64,000 nt of DNA, from NCBI GenBank assembly GCA_965243205.1, contig CBDEUK010000002.1, positions 32,001 through 96,000 of the forward strand, in the 5' to 3' direction. Made by a program: the position numbers and the translations under genes. This document shows, one piece after another, positions 10,411 to 21,345 of this stretch (position 1 is its first letter; the number at the start of each line of letters is the position of its first letter). Origin of the DNA: Gammaproteobacteria bacterium (GTDB lineage: Bacteria > Pseudomonadota > Gammaproteobacteria > Eutrophobiales > Eutrophobiaceae). Below the pieces are notes generated by a model. That model was given only the letters and a program-made list of their open reading frames with translations, had not been told where the DNA came from and searched no databases.

Positions 10411-11130
10411 ATGAGACAAATTATCCTCGATACTGAAACCACAGGTTTAGAACACAAACAAGGTCATAAGATCATTGAGATCGGTTGTGTTGAAATGATC
10501 AATCGTCGTAAGACTGATAATAACTATCATCAATACATAAATCCTGAACGTGAGATTGATGATGGTGCTATTGAAGTTCATGGTATTACCAATGAAGCCT
10601 TAGCGGATAAACCTAAGTTTCGTGACATTGCACAAGAGTTTATTGATTACATTCGAGGCGCGGAGTTAGTGATTCATAATGCGCCTTTTGATGTTGGTTT
10701 TATCAACGCTGAACTTAGTGCGATGGGACGACAATGGGGGCAGGTTGAAGATTACTGTACGGTTGTTGATACGCTGACCAAAGCTCGAGAAATGCACCCA
10801 GGGCAAAAGAATAGTTTGGATGCTTTATGTAAACGATATGAAGTTGATAATTCACAACGCGATTTACATGGTGCATTACTAGACGCGCGTATTTTATTAG
10901 ATGTTTATTTAGCAATGACTGGCGGTCAAGCTAAGTTGATGTTAGATGCAGAACAAGAACAAACGAAAACATCTGACTCAATTGTTCCTTTGTTCAAAGG
11001 CGAACGACCGAAATTAAAAGTAATTAAACCCAACGATGAAGAGAAGGAAGCACATCAAAAACGTATGGAGTTGGTGGAAAAGGAGTTTGGTTCAGAGCCA
11101 ATTTGGTATCAATTAGAACTCGATAGATAG
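10411..11130 (+). CDS. dnaQ: DNA polymerase III epsilon subunit
   Basis: LDTETTG, HNAPFD, HGALLDA exonuclease motifs. Confidence 0.97.
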   Translation: MRQIILDTETTGLEHKQGHKIIEIGCVEMINRRKTDNNYHQYINPEREIDDGAIEVHGITNEALADKPKFRDIAQEFIDYIRGAELVIHNAPFDVGFINAELSAMGRQWGQVEDYCTVVDTLTKAREMHPGQKNSLDALCKRYEVDNSQRDLHGALLDARILLDVYLAMTGGQAKLMLDAEQEQTKTSDSIVPLFKGERPKLKVIKPNDEEKEAHQKRMELVEKEFGSEPIWYQLELDR

Positions 11131-11158
11131 AACACTATCGAGTTCATATAACGAAAAA

Positions 11159-11482
11159 TTATTCTGCTTCAACGGCAGCTTTAGCCATCGTTTGTAATTC
11201 ACCTTTTTGATATAGATCTAACGTAATATCACAACCACCTACCAGTTCGCCTTTGATAAAGACTTGAGGAAAGGTCGGCCAGTTAGAAATGGCAGGAAGA
11301 TTCGCACGTACTTCTGGTTCAGCGAGTACATCAACGTAAGCAAATTCCACATCGCAGGCTTTTAATGCTTCAGATGTACGCATTGAAAAACCACATTGTG
11401 GAAATTGTGGGGTGCCTTTCATAAAGATAACGACTGGGTTGTCATCGATCGTGCTTTGAATTTTTTCTTGGATATCCATCAT
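11159..11482 (-). CDS. grxD: Monothiol glutaredoxin Grx4
   Basis: PQCGFS, WPTFPQ, GGCD. Confidence 0.96.
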   Translation of the reverse strand: MMDIQEKIQSTIDDNPVVIFMKGTPQFPQCGFSMRTSEALKACDVEFAYVDVLAEPEVRANLPAISNWPTFPQVFIKGELVGGCDITLDLYQKGELQTMAKAAVEAE

Positions 11483-11561
11483 TTACCTCAAAATGGGTTG
11501 AAATTGCCATGAATTGTAAGGTTAGAGCAAGACTCAAGCAACTTTGTTCGATTTTTCCAAT

Positions 11562-13082
11562 TTAGTTGCTAAAACCTCCACCTCCAGGTGTTTCTATACG
11601 CAGTGTATCGCCTGATTCTGCATGAAAGTTTAATTTTGAGTGTATAGGCTTATTATTTAAATAATTAATACCTGCTTGTCCTGAACTACCTCCACGAATT
11701 CCCCAAGGATGGGTTTGTCGTCGTTCAGTTAACAAACTGACAGAAGCTGGTTTTAAAAATTCGTACTCACGAATTAAACCGTTACCACCTGCATATAATC
11801 CAGTTCCACCTGAATCTTGTCGAATCGAGTATTGTTGTAATCGTAACGGATAATAACGTTCTAATATTTCTATTGGAGTATTAGAAGTGTTTGTCATGTG
11901 AGTTTGCACAGCGTCGAAACCATTTGAATTTTGATGTGCGCCCATACCACCCGCTAAGGTTTCATAGTAATCCCAATCATGGCTGCCCATAGCAACATTA
12001 TTCATTGTACCTTGACTGGCAGCTGGTATTTTTTCTGGAATTGCTTGAGCTAAAGCACCCAATAACACATCAACGATACGACTACTTGTTTCAACATTTC
12101 CTGCGGCCACGGCTGCGGGTGCTTTTGCATTCACTAAGCAACCTTCAGGAGCGATGATATCGATGGAATGAAAACTACCTAAACAAGGCGGTGTATTTTC
12201 TGGCATTAATGCATAAAAACAATAATAAACTGCCGCAGCGGTAACTGATAAAGGGCAATTAATATTTCCTGTAACTTGTTTAGCCGTTCCCGTGAAATCT
12301 ACAGTGATATTATGTTCTGATACGTTTAAAGAAAGCTTTATAACAATCGATTGATTACCATGACCATCATCGTCCATAACATCTTCAAACTGATAGATTC
12401 CATTTTTAATTTGCTGTAAACCAGATTTTGCCAGCTTAAACGCATATTGATTAATGGCCTTCAATGAATTTTCAAATGTTGTAATACCAATGGATTGTAA
12501 CCATGATAATAAACGTATTTGCGCACGTTGGTTGGCACTAATTTGTGCAATTAAATCGGCTTTAACATGATGAGGATTGGTTGTTTTAGATAATATGGAA
12601 TTTAATAATGTGTTATCGAAATCTCCAGCACGCTTTAATAAGCCAGGTGAAATAATAATGCCTTCATCTTCTAAACGAGTTGCTAATGGCATAGAGCCTG
12701 GAGTATCAGAACCGATGTCAGCGTAATGAGCTCGATTCGCAGCGAATGCGATGAGTTGTTCATTGAAAAATATCGGGCTGATAATTGTTACATCAGGTAA
12801 ATGAGTTCCACCTAAAAATGGATCATTCACAATCAACACATCATCTTGTTGCCAATCGATGTCTTTGACAATTTTTGTCATGGCAAAGGCCATGCTGCCT
12901 AAATGAACGGGGATATGAGCCGCTTGTGCGCATAAACCTCCGTCGCGATCAAAAATCGCACAAGAATAGTCTAATCGGTCTTTAATATTGGGCGAAAAAG
13001 CAGTTTTTTGTAACGTCGCCCCCATCTCTTGGCAAATAGCCGACAGTTGTGAAATAAAAAGTGTAAGTTCAATCGAATTCAT
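11562..13082 (-). CDS. Hydantoinase B / 5-oxoprolinase family protein
   Basis: SPNIKDRLDYSC, HIPVHLGSM, GGTHLPD, TPGGGG. Confidence 0.92.
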   Translation of the reverse strand: MNSIELTLFISQLSAICQEMGATLQKTAFSPNIKDRLDYSCAIFDRDGGLCAQAAHIPVHLGSMAFAMTKIVKDIDWQQDDVLIVNDPFLGGTHLPDVTIISPIFFNEQLIAFAANRAHYADIGSDTPGSMPLATRLEDEGIIISPGLLKRAGDFDNTLLNSILSKTTNPHHVKADLIAQISANQRAQIRLLSWLQSIGITTFENSLKAINQYAFKLAKSGLQQIKNGIYQFEDVMDDDGHGNQSIVIKLSLNVSEHNITVDFTGTAKQVTGNINCPLSVTAAAVYYCFYALMPENTPPCLGSFHSIDIIAPEGCLVNAKAPAAVAAGNVETSSRIVDVLLGALAQAIPEKIPAASQGTMNNVAMGSHDWDYYETLAGGMGAHQNSNGFDAVQTHMTNTSNTPIEILERYYPLRLQQYSIRQDSGGTGLYAGGNGLIREYEFLKPASVSLLTERRQTHPWGIRGGSSGQAGINYLNNKPIHSKLNFHAESGDTLRIETPGGGGFSN

Positions 13083-13189
13083 TGATTTTTATAGTATATA
13101 GGGGATGAAAGCTGTTCATGACCTAAGTATAATGAAACCTGTTTTACGCTATTATATCTAGAATTATACCAATCTGGGGGAACGTTGAG

Positions 13190-13777
13190 ATGAATCCACT
13201 TAAATCTGTGTCAGGCACAATCATATTAGGTTTTGTGACGGCTATTATTATTTCTTTGGTGCTGACTGGAGAATTTTCTATTAATAAATGGTCATTAGTT
13301 ACATGGTTACATGTATTTTTTGGTGTGATTTGGATAGGTCTTTTATATTATTTCAATTTCGTGCAAGTTCCTGCTGTTGGTGAAGCGGCGGCAGATTCTG
13401 GTGGTCCTGGGCCTGCAGCAATCAATAAATACGTTGCTCCAAGAGCATTATGGTGGTTTCGTTGGGGAGCATTGTTAACTTGGTTAACAGGTGCCGCAGC
13501 TTTGGAAGTTTCTGGGTTTGGTTTAGTAAAAGCGTTTACCTTACAACCTGGTGTAGAGATCATTGGAGTGGGTGCTTGGTTAGGTACTATTATGTTATTC
13601 AATGTATGGGTATTGATTTGGCCTAATCAGAAAAAAATTCTGGGTATGGTTCCAGCCAGTGACGATGAAATAGCTAAAGGAAAATTTACTGCACTGATGG
13701 CTTCTAGAACCAATACTTTTTTATCAATACCAATGTTGATGTGTATGGTTGGTCAGATGCACCAATTACCAATTTAA
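13190..13777 (+). CDS. Urate-oxidase N-terminal (PuuD-like) membrane protein
   Basis: WLHVFFGVIWIGLLYYFN, WWFRW, IMLFNVW.IWPNQKK, ASRTN. Confidence 0.8.
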   Translation: MNPLKSVSGTIILGFVTAIIISLVLTGEFSINKWSLVTWLHVFFGVIWIGLLYYFNFVQVPAVGEAAADSGGPGPAAINKYVAPRALWWFRWGALLTWLTGAAALEVSGFGLVKAFTLQPGVEIIGVGAWLGTIMLFNVWVLIWPNQKKILGMVPASDDEIAKGKFTALMASRTNTFLSIPMLMCMVGQMHQLPI

Positions 13778-13800
13778 TTATTAATTATAATTTTACGATT

Positions 13801-13826
13801 AAACCCGGCCTATATGGTCGGGTTTT
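13801..13826 (+). terminator. Probable intrinsic terminator
   Basis: Hairpin AAACCCGGCC-TATAT-GGTCGGGTTT followed by a T-rich tract. Confidence 0.55.
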
Positions 13827-13880
13827 CGCTTTTATTGAACTAGTATTTTTGAATAAGAAAACAAATTTATTAAGATAGCA

Positions 13881-15053
13881 ATGAGTCATTTAATGGCAAA
13901 TTATAAACCTTATCCAGTTACGTTCACTCATGGTGAAGGTGCTTGGTTAATTGATGAAAAAGGTAATCGATACTTAGATGCCTTAAGTGGTATTGCTGTT
14001 TGTGGATTAGGTCATGCGAATAAAGCTTTGGCTACTGCTCTGCATGCGCAAGCGAATACCTTAATTCATACCTCAAATTTATATCAAATTGAATTACAAG
14101 AACGCTTGGCGGATAAACTTTCCAAACTATCAGGTATGGATAAAGTATTCTTTTGCAACTCAGGTGCCGAAGCTAATGAAGCGGCAATAAAGTTATCTCG
14201 TTTACATGGACATAAACAAAACTTTCAAAGCCCCAAAGTCATCGTGATGAACAGCAGTTTTCATGGCCGAACTATGGCGACGTTAACGGCAACGGGTAAC
14301 CCTAAAGTTCATAATGGTTTTGCTCCATTAGTCGAAGGTTTTATTCATGTGCCTTATAACGATATTGCAGCTATAGAAACCATCGCAAAAGAACACAATG
14401 AAATTGTTGCCATCATGTTAGAACCTGTACAAGGTGAAGGTGGTATTAATGTTCCTGATATGGGTTTTTTAAAGGCCATTCGAGAGTTATGTGATCAAAA
14501 CGATTGGTTAATGATCGTAGATGAAATTCAGACTGGTATGTGTCGTACAGGTAAATGGTTTGCGCATCAACATGAAGCCATTAAGCCTGATGTTATGACA
14601 TTAGCAAAAGCGTTAGGTAATGGTGTGCCGATTGGTGCATGTTTGGCGACTGGTAAAGCAGCTGATTTATTTCAGCCTGGTAGTCATGGTTCTACCTTTG
14701 GTGGTAATCCATTAGCTTGTAGAGCTGCTTTAACCGTCATTGAAGAATTAGAAAAATTGCACGCAAATACTCAAGCAAGTGAACTAGGTCAAACTATGCT
14801 TGAACAATTTAAACAAGAATTAGCTGATGTTTCTGGCGTGAAACATATTAGAGGTAAAGGTCTAATGCTCGGTATAGAGCTAGAAAAACCATGTGCAGAA
14901 TTAGTGACGATGGCTTTAGAAAAACATTGTTTGATCAATGTAACGGCTGATAAAGTGATTCGTTTATTACCGCCTCTGATTATCAGCGGTGAAGAAGCAA
15001 ATCAAATTGTTAATATCGTTTCCGATATTATAAAAACATTTTTAAAAGAGTAA
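13881..15053 (+). CDS. argD: Acetylornithine aminotransferase
   Basis: Class III aminotransferase motifs NSGAEANE, FHGRT, DEIQTG, AKALG, HGSTFGGN; upstream of argF. Confidence 0.93.
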   Translation: MSHLMANYKPYPVTFTHGEGAWLIDEKGNRYLDALSGIAVCGLGHANKALATALHAQANTLIHTSNLYQIELQERLADKLSKLSGMDKVFFCNSGAEANEAAIKLSRLHGHKQNFQSPKVIVMNSSFHGRTMATLTATGNPKVHNGFAPLVEGFIHVPYNDIAAIETIAKEHNEIVAIMLEPVQGEGGINVPDMGFLKAIRELCDQNDWLMIVDEIQTGMCRTGKWFAHQHEAIKPDVMTLAKALGNGVPIGACLATGKAADLFQPGSHGSTFGGNPLACRAALTVIEELEKLHANTQASELGQTMLEQFKQELADVSGVKHIRGKGLMLGIELEKPCAELVTMALEKHCLINVTADKVIRLLPPLIISGEEANQIVNIVSDIIKTFLKE

Positions 15054-15061
15054 TCGATTCG

Positions 15062-15964
15062 ATGAAACCCAAACATTTCCTTACATTGAATGATCTTTCT
15101 CGTGATGCATTTGTAAAGTTGGTCGAGGATGCTATTCAATTAAAACATGCCGTTAAGTCGGGTGAGATGCAGCAAAAACTACCTGGCAAAGTCATGGCGA
15201 TGATTTTTGAAAAATCATCAACTCGTACACGTGTCTCATTTGAAACAGCGATGGCACAAAATGGTGGTCATGCAATTTTCTTATCACCCGATAACACACA
15301 ACTAGGCCGTGGTGAACCAATCGAAGATACTGCAAGAGTATTATCGGAAATGGTCGATATTGTCATGATTCGAACTTTCGAACAGAAAAAAATAGAAACC
15401 TTTGCTGAATACGCTTCAATTCCGGTGATAAATGGTTTATCAGATTCATATCATCCCTGTCAGTTATTAGCCGATATGCAAACCTATTGGGAACATCGTG
15501 GTGATATCGCAGGTAAAACAGTCACATGGTTAGGTGATGGCAATAATATGTGTCATTCTTATGTGAATGCAGCGCATATTTTAGGTTTTAATTTAAATAT
15601 TGCTTGCCCTGAAGAATATAAACCTGATTCAACAGTCGTTGATTTATCACAAGCTAATATCAAAATTACACAAGATCCAAACGAAGCTGTCGAAAACAGT
15701 GATTTAATCGTTACTGATGTTTGGGCCAGTATGGGGCAAGAAGAAGAAGCCAATGAACGCTTAAATATATTTAAATCTTTTCAAGTGAATCAAGATTTAA
15801 TGTCGAGAGCAAAACCTGATGCATTGTTTATGCATTGTTTGCCAGCTCATCGAGATGATGAAGTGACTGCAGAAGTGATTGATGGTCCTCAGAGTGTAGT
15901 GTGGGATGAAGCCGGAAATAGACTACATGCACAAAAAGCTTTGGTAGAATTATTGCTATTATAA
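15062..15964 (+). CDS. argF: Ornithine carbamoyltransferase
   Basis: STRTR, HPCQ, SMG, HCLP. Confidence 0.96.
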   Translation: MKPKHFLTLNDLSRDAFVKLVEDAIQLKHAVKSGEMQQKLPGKVMAMIFEKSSTRTRVSFETAMAQNGGHAIFLSPDNTQLGRGEPIEDTARVLSEMVDIVMIRTFEQKKIETFAEYASIPVINGLSDSYHPCQLLADMQTYWEHRGDIAGKTVTWLGDGNNMCHSYVNAAHILGFNLNIACPEEYKPDSTVVDLSQANIKITQDPNEAVENSDLIVTDVWASMGQEEEANERLNIFKSFQVNQDLMSRAKPDALFMHCLPAHRDDEVTAEVIDGPQSVVWDEAGNRLHAQKALVELLLL

Positions 15965-15990
15965 AAAATTCTAATCGAGTAACTAACTAG

Positions 15991-16743
15991 ATGCATTTCT
16001 TAATTAGTAATGATGATGGCTTCAGAGCAACAGGTATTGTTGAATTAGCCAAAGCAATTTCAAATATTGGTTCTATTACTGTAGTAGCTCCTGATCAAGA
16101 TCGTAGTGGTGCGAGTAACTCTTTAACGTTAAATTCACCACTAAGACCACAAATTGCTGAGAATGGATTTTATTATGTCAATGGAACTCCTACTGACTGT
16201 GTTCACTTAGCGATTACAGGTTTGATTGAGCAAGATTTAGATATGGTAATCAGCGGTATTAATTCTGGGCCAAATTTAGGTGATGATGTTTTATATTCGG
16301 GTACGGTTGCCGCAGCAATGGAAGGACGTTTTCTAGGTAAACCGGCCATTGCTTTATCATTAGCGGGTGAAAATCCAACGCATTATGAAACAGCTGTGCA
16401 AGTTGCGCTTAAAATTATTCCTGAATTGTTAAAAGCTGAAGTTTCTAATGACATATTATTGAATATTAATATTCCTGATGTTTCCCTTGATGAATTAGCT
16501 GGTTTTGAAGTGACGCGTTTGGGTAATCGTCATAAATCTGAACCTGTGATTCAATCTAAAGATCCTAGAGGTAAAGATATTTATTGGGTGGGTGCTGTTG
16601 GTGCTGAACAAGATGCGGGTTCTGGCACCGATTTTTATGCGATTAAACAAAATAGGGTTTCAATTACACCACTTTCAGTCGATTTGACAGCGCATAAGCA
16701 GCTCGATAACGTATCTGAGTGCTTGAGAAATTTAATTCCATGA
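15991..16743 (+). CDS. surE: 5'/3'-nucleotidase SurE
   Basis: [28 protein letters not shown]. Confidence 0.96.
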   Translation: MHFLISNDDGFRATGIVELAKAISNIGSITVVAPDQDRSGASNSLTLNSPLRPQIAENGFYYVNGTPTDCVHLAITGLIEQDLDMVISGINSGPNLGDDVLYSGTVAAAMEGRFLGKPAIALSLAGENPTHYETAVQVALKIIPELLKAEVSNDILLNINIPDVSLDELAGFEVTRLGNRHKSEPVIQSKDPRGKDIYWVGAVGAEQDAGSGTDFYAIKQNRVSITPLSVDLTAHKQLDNVSECLRNLIP

Positions 16744-17399
16744 ATGTTAATCTGCAAGGCATCGGAATGACTTCACGTCGTGCACGCAATCGTTTACTTG
16801 AAACGTTGCGCGAGATGGGAATTCAATCTGAAATAGTCTTGGAAGTGATCAGTAATATACCAAGACATATTTTTGTTGATGAGGCTCTGGCATCACGTGC
16901 CTATGAAAATACCGCGTTACCGATTGGTCATAATCAAACTATTTCACAGCCATATATTGTTGCTCGAATGACAGAGGCGCTATTAGAAGGCGGTAAATTA
17001 GAAAACGTTTTAGAAATTGGTACGGGTTGTGGTTATCAGACGTCAGTTTTAGCTAGTCTAGCGGATAAAGTCTTTAGTATTGAGCGTATTGATGCTTTGT
17101 TGGAAAAAACGCGAGAACGTATGCGTTTGTTAAAATATTACAATGTTCGAATCAAACATGGAGATGGTAATATTGGTTGGCCAGACAGAGGTCCTTTTGA
17201 TGGGATTATTGTTACGGCGGCACCATTAGGTGTACCTGAAAAATTATTAGAACAGTTAACCATAGGAGGTCGCTTGGTTATTCCAGTAGGACAATCGGGT
17301 AAACAACAATTGCTACGCATTACTCGTACTGAAACAGAATACGAGCAAGAACTTTTAGACTCTGTCAGTTTTGTACCGATGTTAGATGGCAAACAATAA
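16740..17399 (+). CDS. pcm: Protein-L-isoaspartate O-methyltransferase
   Basis: [17 protein letters not shown]; ATGA overlap with surE. Confidence 0.96.
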   Translation: MNVNLQGIGMTSRRARNRLLETLREMGIQSEIVLEVISNIPRHIFVDEALASRAYENTALPIGHNQTISQPYIVARMTEALLEGGKLENVLEIGTGCGYQTSVLASLADKVFSIERIDALLEKTRERMRLLKYYNVRIKHGDGNIGWPDRGPFDGIIVTAAPLGVPEKLLEQLTIGGRLVIPVGQSGKQQLLRITRTETEYEQELLDSVSFVPMLDGKQ

Positions 17400-18351
17400 T
17401 CTTCAAACTTATATTCTGCCTTTTAAAAATCTCTCTTTACGAGCTGTAAGTTTATTTGTTGCCTTACTCGCGGTTTCATTTAACTTTGCTTGCTCAAGTA
17501 AGGTCGAAGTGCCTGTTTCAAGTCGAGAGTTCAAAGTTGATAAGAATGCACCATCAACATCCTCACCATCAGGATATGATTCAAGTCCTAGAGTCGTTTC
17601 CAAATCAGCAAAGCCTTTCACGGGAACGTATATTGTTGAATCTGGAGATACTTTATACTCAATAGCTTGGCGTTACGGATATGATTTTAAAGATGTTGCT
17701 ACATGGAATGACATTGATGAACCTTATATTATTTATCCAGGACAAAAAATCGATCTTAAAGCTAAGCCTAAAGCAGTTACCAAGCCCAAAAAATCTTTAC
17801 AACCAGGGCCTATTATCTCTAAAAGTGAGAAATCGGATAAAAAAACACAAAAGAAATCAAATCTACAACCTAAACCTGTTTCTAAGAGCCCCTCAAAACA
17901 AAAGACAGCAACTGAAAAACCAAAACAAACAGTTGTAACGAAAAAAAATACAACAAAAGCTAAACCAAAACCATTGCCGACAGGAAAAGTTAAATGGCAA
18001 TGGCCTACTCAAGGTAAATTAGTTCGCTCAAAACAATTAACGTCTAAAAAAGGTATCGATATTAGTGGTCGTATTGGTCAACCTATAAAAGCGGCTGCAG
18101 CTGGAAGAGTTGTTTATAGTGGTAGTGGCCTTCTAGGTTATGGTAGGCTTATCATTATCAAACATAGTGAAACCTATTTGAGTGCGTATGCTCACAACAG
18201 TGAATTATTGGCTAGGGAAGGTGATAACATCTCCATTGGTCAAACAATTGCAAAAATGGGTGCCAATAATAATGGCCAACCGTTGTTACACTTTGAAATT
18301 CGTAAGAATGGTAAGTCCATTAATCCTCTTAAATTATTACCTAAAAGATAA
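17386..18351 (+). CDS. nlpD: Lipoprotein NlpD (LysM + M23 domain)
   Basis: Lipobox FAC, Lys[24 protein letters not shown]; between pcm and rpoS. Confidence 0.92.
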   Translation: MANNNLQTYILPFKNLSLRAVSLFVALLAVSFNFACSSKVEVPVSSREFKVDKNAPSTSSPSGYDSSPRVVSKSAKPFTGTYIVESGDTLYSIAWRYGYDFKDVATWNDIDEPYIIYPGQKIDLKAKPKAVTKPKKSLQPGPIISKSEKSDKKTQKKSNLQPKPVSKSPSKQKTATEKPKQTVVTKKNTTKAKPKPLPTGKVKWQWPTQGKLVRSKQLTSKKGIDISGRIGQPIKAAAAGRVVYSGSGLLGYGRLIIIKHSETYLSAYAHNSELLAREGDNISIGQTIAKMGANNNGQPLLHFEIRKNGKSINPLKLLPKR

Positions 18352-18376
18352 TCACTAAACTTCAATTATTTATCCG

Positions 18377-19402
18377 ATGACGAAACAGAAAAACATGGAA
18401 ACAGAAAACGATAAGACCAATAAAGCAGAAGTTTCGGAAGAACTTGATGAAACTATGGATATGGAAGACGTTGAGTTATTGGATATGGAAAATGAGGATG
18501 ACACTGAGTCAGATTCAGATAAAGATGAACCTGAAATAACAGCTACCGCTCCTGTATCCAAGGGTGACCTTGACGCAACGCGTTTATATCTTAATGAAAT
18601 CGGTTATTCACCGTTATTAACAGCTGAAGAAGAGGTGTATTACTCTCGCAAAGCTTTAAAAGGTGATGAAGCAGCACGCAAACGTATGATCGAAAGCAAT
18701 CTTAGACTTGTTGTTAAGATTGCCCGTCGTTATATGAATCGTGGCTTAGCACTATTAGATCTAATTGAAGAAGGTAATCTTGGTTTAATACGTGCTGTTG
18801 AAAAATTCGATCCTGAACGAGGCTTTCGCTTCTCTACTTATGCGACTTGGTGGATACGCCAGACAATTGAGCGTGGTTTGATGAATCAAACACGTACTGT
18901 GCGTTTACCAATCCATGTGATTAAAGAAATTAATATCTATCTTAGGGCTGCACGTGAGTTATCTCAAAAGTTAGATAGAGAACCTAGTCCTGAAGATGTT
19001 GCAGAGATGTTGGATAAGCCCATAGACGAAGTAAAACGCATGTTAGGACTAAATGAACGTATTTCATCAGTTGATATGCCAAGTCCATATGGAGCTGAAA
19101 AAACACTATTAGAAACGATTCCTGATGAACAAAACACTGATCCATCGCAATTATTGCAAAATAACGATGTAAAAAAACACATTGATACCTGGTTAGAACA
19201 ACTTAGTGAAAAACAATGTGCTGTTGTAGAAAGACGTTTTGGCTTACATGGGCGAGAAGTTGCTACATTAGAAGAAATTGGTGAAGAATTAGGTGTTACA
19301 CGTGAACGAGTGCGTCAAATTCAGTTAGAAGCTTTAAAACGTTTGCGTCAAATCCTACAACGGGAAGGTTTTTCCGTTGATACCTTGTTTAGTGAGTCAT
19401 AA
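18377..19402 (+). CDS. rpoS: RNA polymerase sigma factor RpoS
   Basis: [33 protein letters not shown]; nlpD-rpoS synteny. Confidence 0.96.
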   Translation: MTKQKNMETENDKTNKAEVSEELDETMDMEDVELLDMENEDDTESDSDKDEPEITATAPVSKGDLDATRLYLNEIGYSPLLTAEEEVYYSRKALKGDEAARKRMIESNLRLVVKIARRYMNRGLALLDLIEEGNLGLIRAVEKFDPERGFRFSTYATWWIRQTIERGLMNQTRTVRLPIHVIKEINIYLRAARELSQKLDREPSPEDVAEMLDKPIDEVKRMLGLNERISSVDMPSPYGAEKTLLETIPDEQNTDPSQLLQNNDVKKHIDTWLEQLSEKQCAVVERRFGLHGREVATLEEIGEELGVTRERVRQIQLEALKRLRQILQREGFSVDTLFSES

Positions 19403-19409
19403 ATCCTTG

Positions 19410-19787
19410 CTATATGAACATTGCTGCTGCAATAAAACGTTTTTCAGCAACTAATAAGTTAAAACATCGACAAGCTGCACCCGTATCCATCGCTTCAAAA
19501 CCAATATCTTTAGATTGTAAGTATGCTATGACTTCATTTGATGGAAAAACTAACGATTTACCACTTCCTATGAGTAATAGTTCAGGTTTTTTATCAGTAA
19601 TTTCTGATAAATCATCTAAATTAATATCTTTAGGTGTTACTGGTCGCCATGTTTCAATGATTTTATCTGGAAATAGTATAAATCTATCGGTCATTGTTGT
19701 GTTATTTACAACAATTTTATCTAAATCGTATGAATGAATGTTGAATTCATTATTATGATCAGTATCAAGTTCTAATTTCATTGTCAT
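19410..19787 (-). CDS. Mth938-like domain protein
   Basis: PELLLIGSG, EAMDTGAACRCFNLL.AE.R. Confidence 0.85.
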   Translation of the reverse strand: MTMKLELDTDHNNEFNIHSYDLDKIVVNNTTMTDRFILFPDKIIETWRPVTPKDINLDDLSEITDKKPELLLIGSGKSLVFPSNEVIAYLQSKDIGFEAMDTGAACRCFNLLVAEKRFIAAAMFI

Positions 19788-19842
19788 TTATCAATTAAAT
19801 CGTCATCTATAAGTTTAAATTAAAAAATTGGAGGAAAGTTAA

Positions 19843-20499
<657 letters not shown>

Positions 20500-20771
20500 T
20501 AAAACGTTTATTAAGTAAAAAATTATAAAATATTTACTTAAACGTTAACTTTTTTATAAAAGTTTTATAAAAAATGAATGTTTTTAAAAAAATTAACTAA
20601 CTTTTTATAAAATTTTATAGAAATAGTTAAAGTTTTTTATAAAAAAGATCGTTATTAATAAAAAAAAGTAGAAAAATAAAAAAACATTACTATAATTGAC
20701 ATCGACATTTTGTTTGTTTTTGTTTTTTTATGTTTGTTCCATTAATTGTTGAGCTAAGGGGAGTCTAAACC

Positions 20772-21137
20772 ATGGCAAAAGTCAGCAAGAAAAAACGCAG
20801 TACTTCAAAGAAGAAATCTTCTGTAAGAAGGAAGGTTGCTAAGAAAAGAGTAGCTAAGAAAGCAGCTAAGAAAAGAGTTGCTAAGAAAAAAGCGAAAAAG
20901 AAAGTAACCAAGAAAAAGGCTAAAAAGAAAGTAGCCAAGAAAAAAGCTAAGAAAAAGGCTAAAAAGAAAGTAGCCAAGAAAAAAGCTAAGAAGAAAACTT
21001 CTAAGAAAAAGGCTAAAAAGAAAGTAGCCAAGAAAAAAGCTAAGAAGAAAACTTCTAAGAAAAAGGCTAAGAAAAAAGTAGCCAAGAAAAAATCTAAGAA
21101 GAAAACTTCTAAAAAAAGAAGAACCAAAAAAAAATAG
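20772..21137 (+). CDS. Lys/Ala-rich histone H1-like nucleoid protein (possible +1 extension to 21252)
   Basis: Repeated KKKAK/KKVAK/KKTSK units; RBS GGGGAG before ATG; downstream terminator. Confidence 0.8.
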   Translation: MAKVSKKKRSTSKKKSSVRRKVAKKRVAKKAAKKRVAKKKAKKKVTKKKAKKKVAKKKAKKKAKKKVAKKKAKKKTSKKKAKKKVAKKKAKKKTSKKKAKKKVAKKKSKKKTSKKRRTKKK

Positions 21138-21277
21138 TTCGTCGTTAAGTTCTTCAGCTTCAAAGAAGCGTAAAGAAGCAAGGGCTAAAATACTAGCTCG
21201 AAGAAATAAACGATTAAAACTAGGAAAAAGTTTGGTTACCAAGGCAAAATAATTTTGCCAAGTGTACTCTTCTCTTT

Positions 21278-21309
21278 AAAAACCCTATCACTACGATAGG
21301 GTTTTTTTT
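21278..21309 (+). terminator. Intrinsic terminator
   Basis: AAAAACCCTATC-ACTAC-GATAGGGTTTTTTTT. Confidence 0.85.
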
Positions 21310-21345
21310 ATGGAATTTTTAAGTCACTATTTTAATCATACGTAA

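Noticed and set aside
20830-21120. Tandem short repeats that could be taken for a CRISPR array
   Set aside because: They are coding KKKAK-type repeats with no unique spacers, and no cas genes are present.
20765-21242. Phe/Leu-rich minus-strand ORFs (138 and 145 aa)
   Set aside because: Antisense shadows of the Lys-rich repeat gene; the plus strand has the RBS and terminator.
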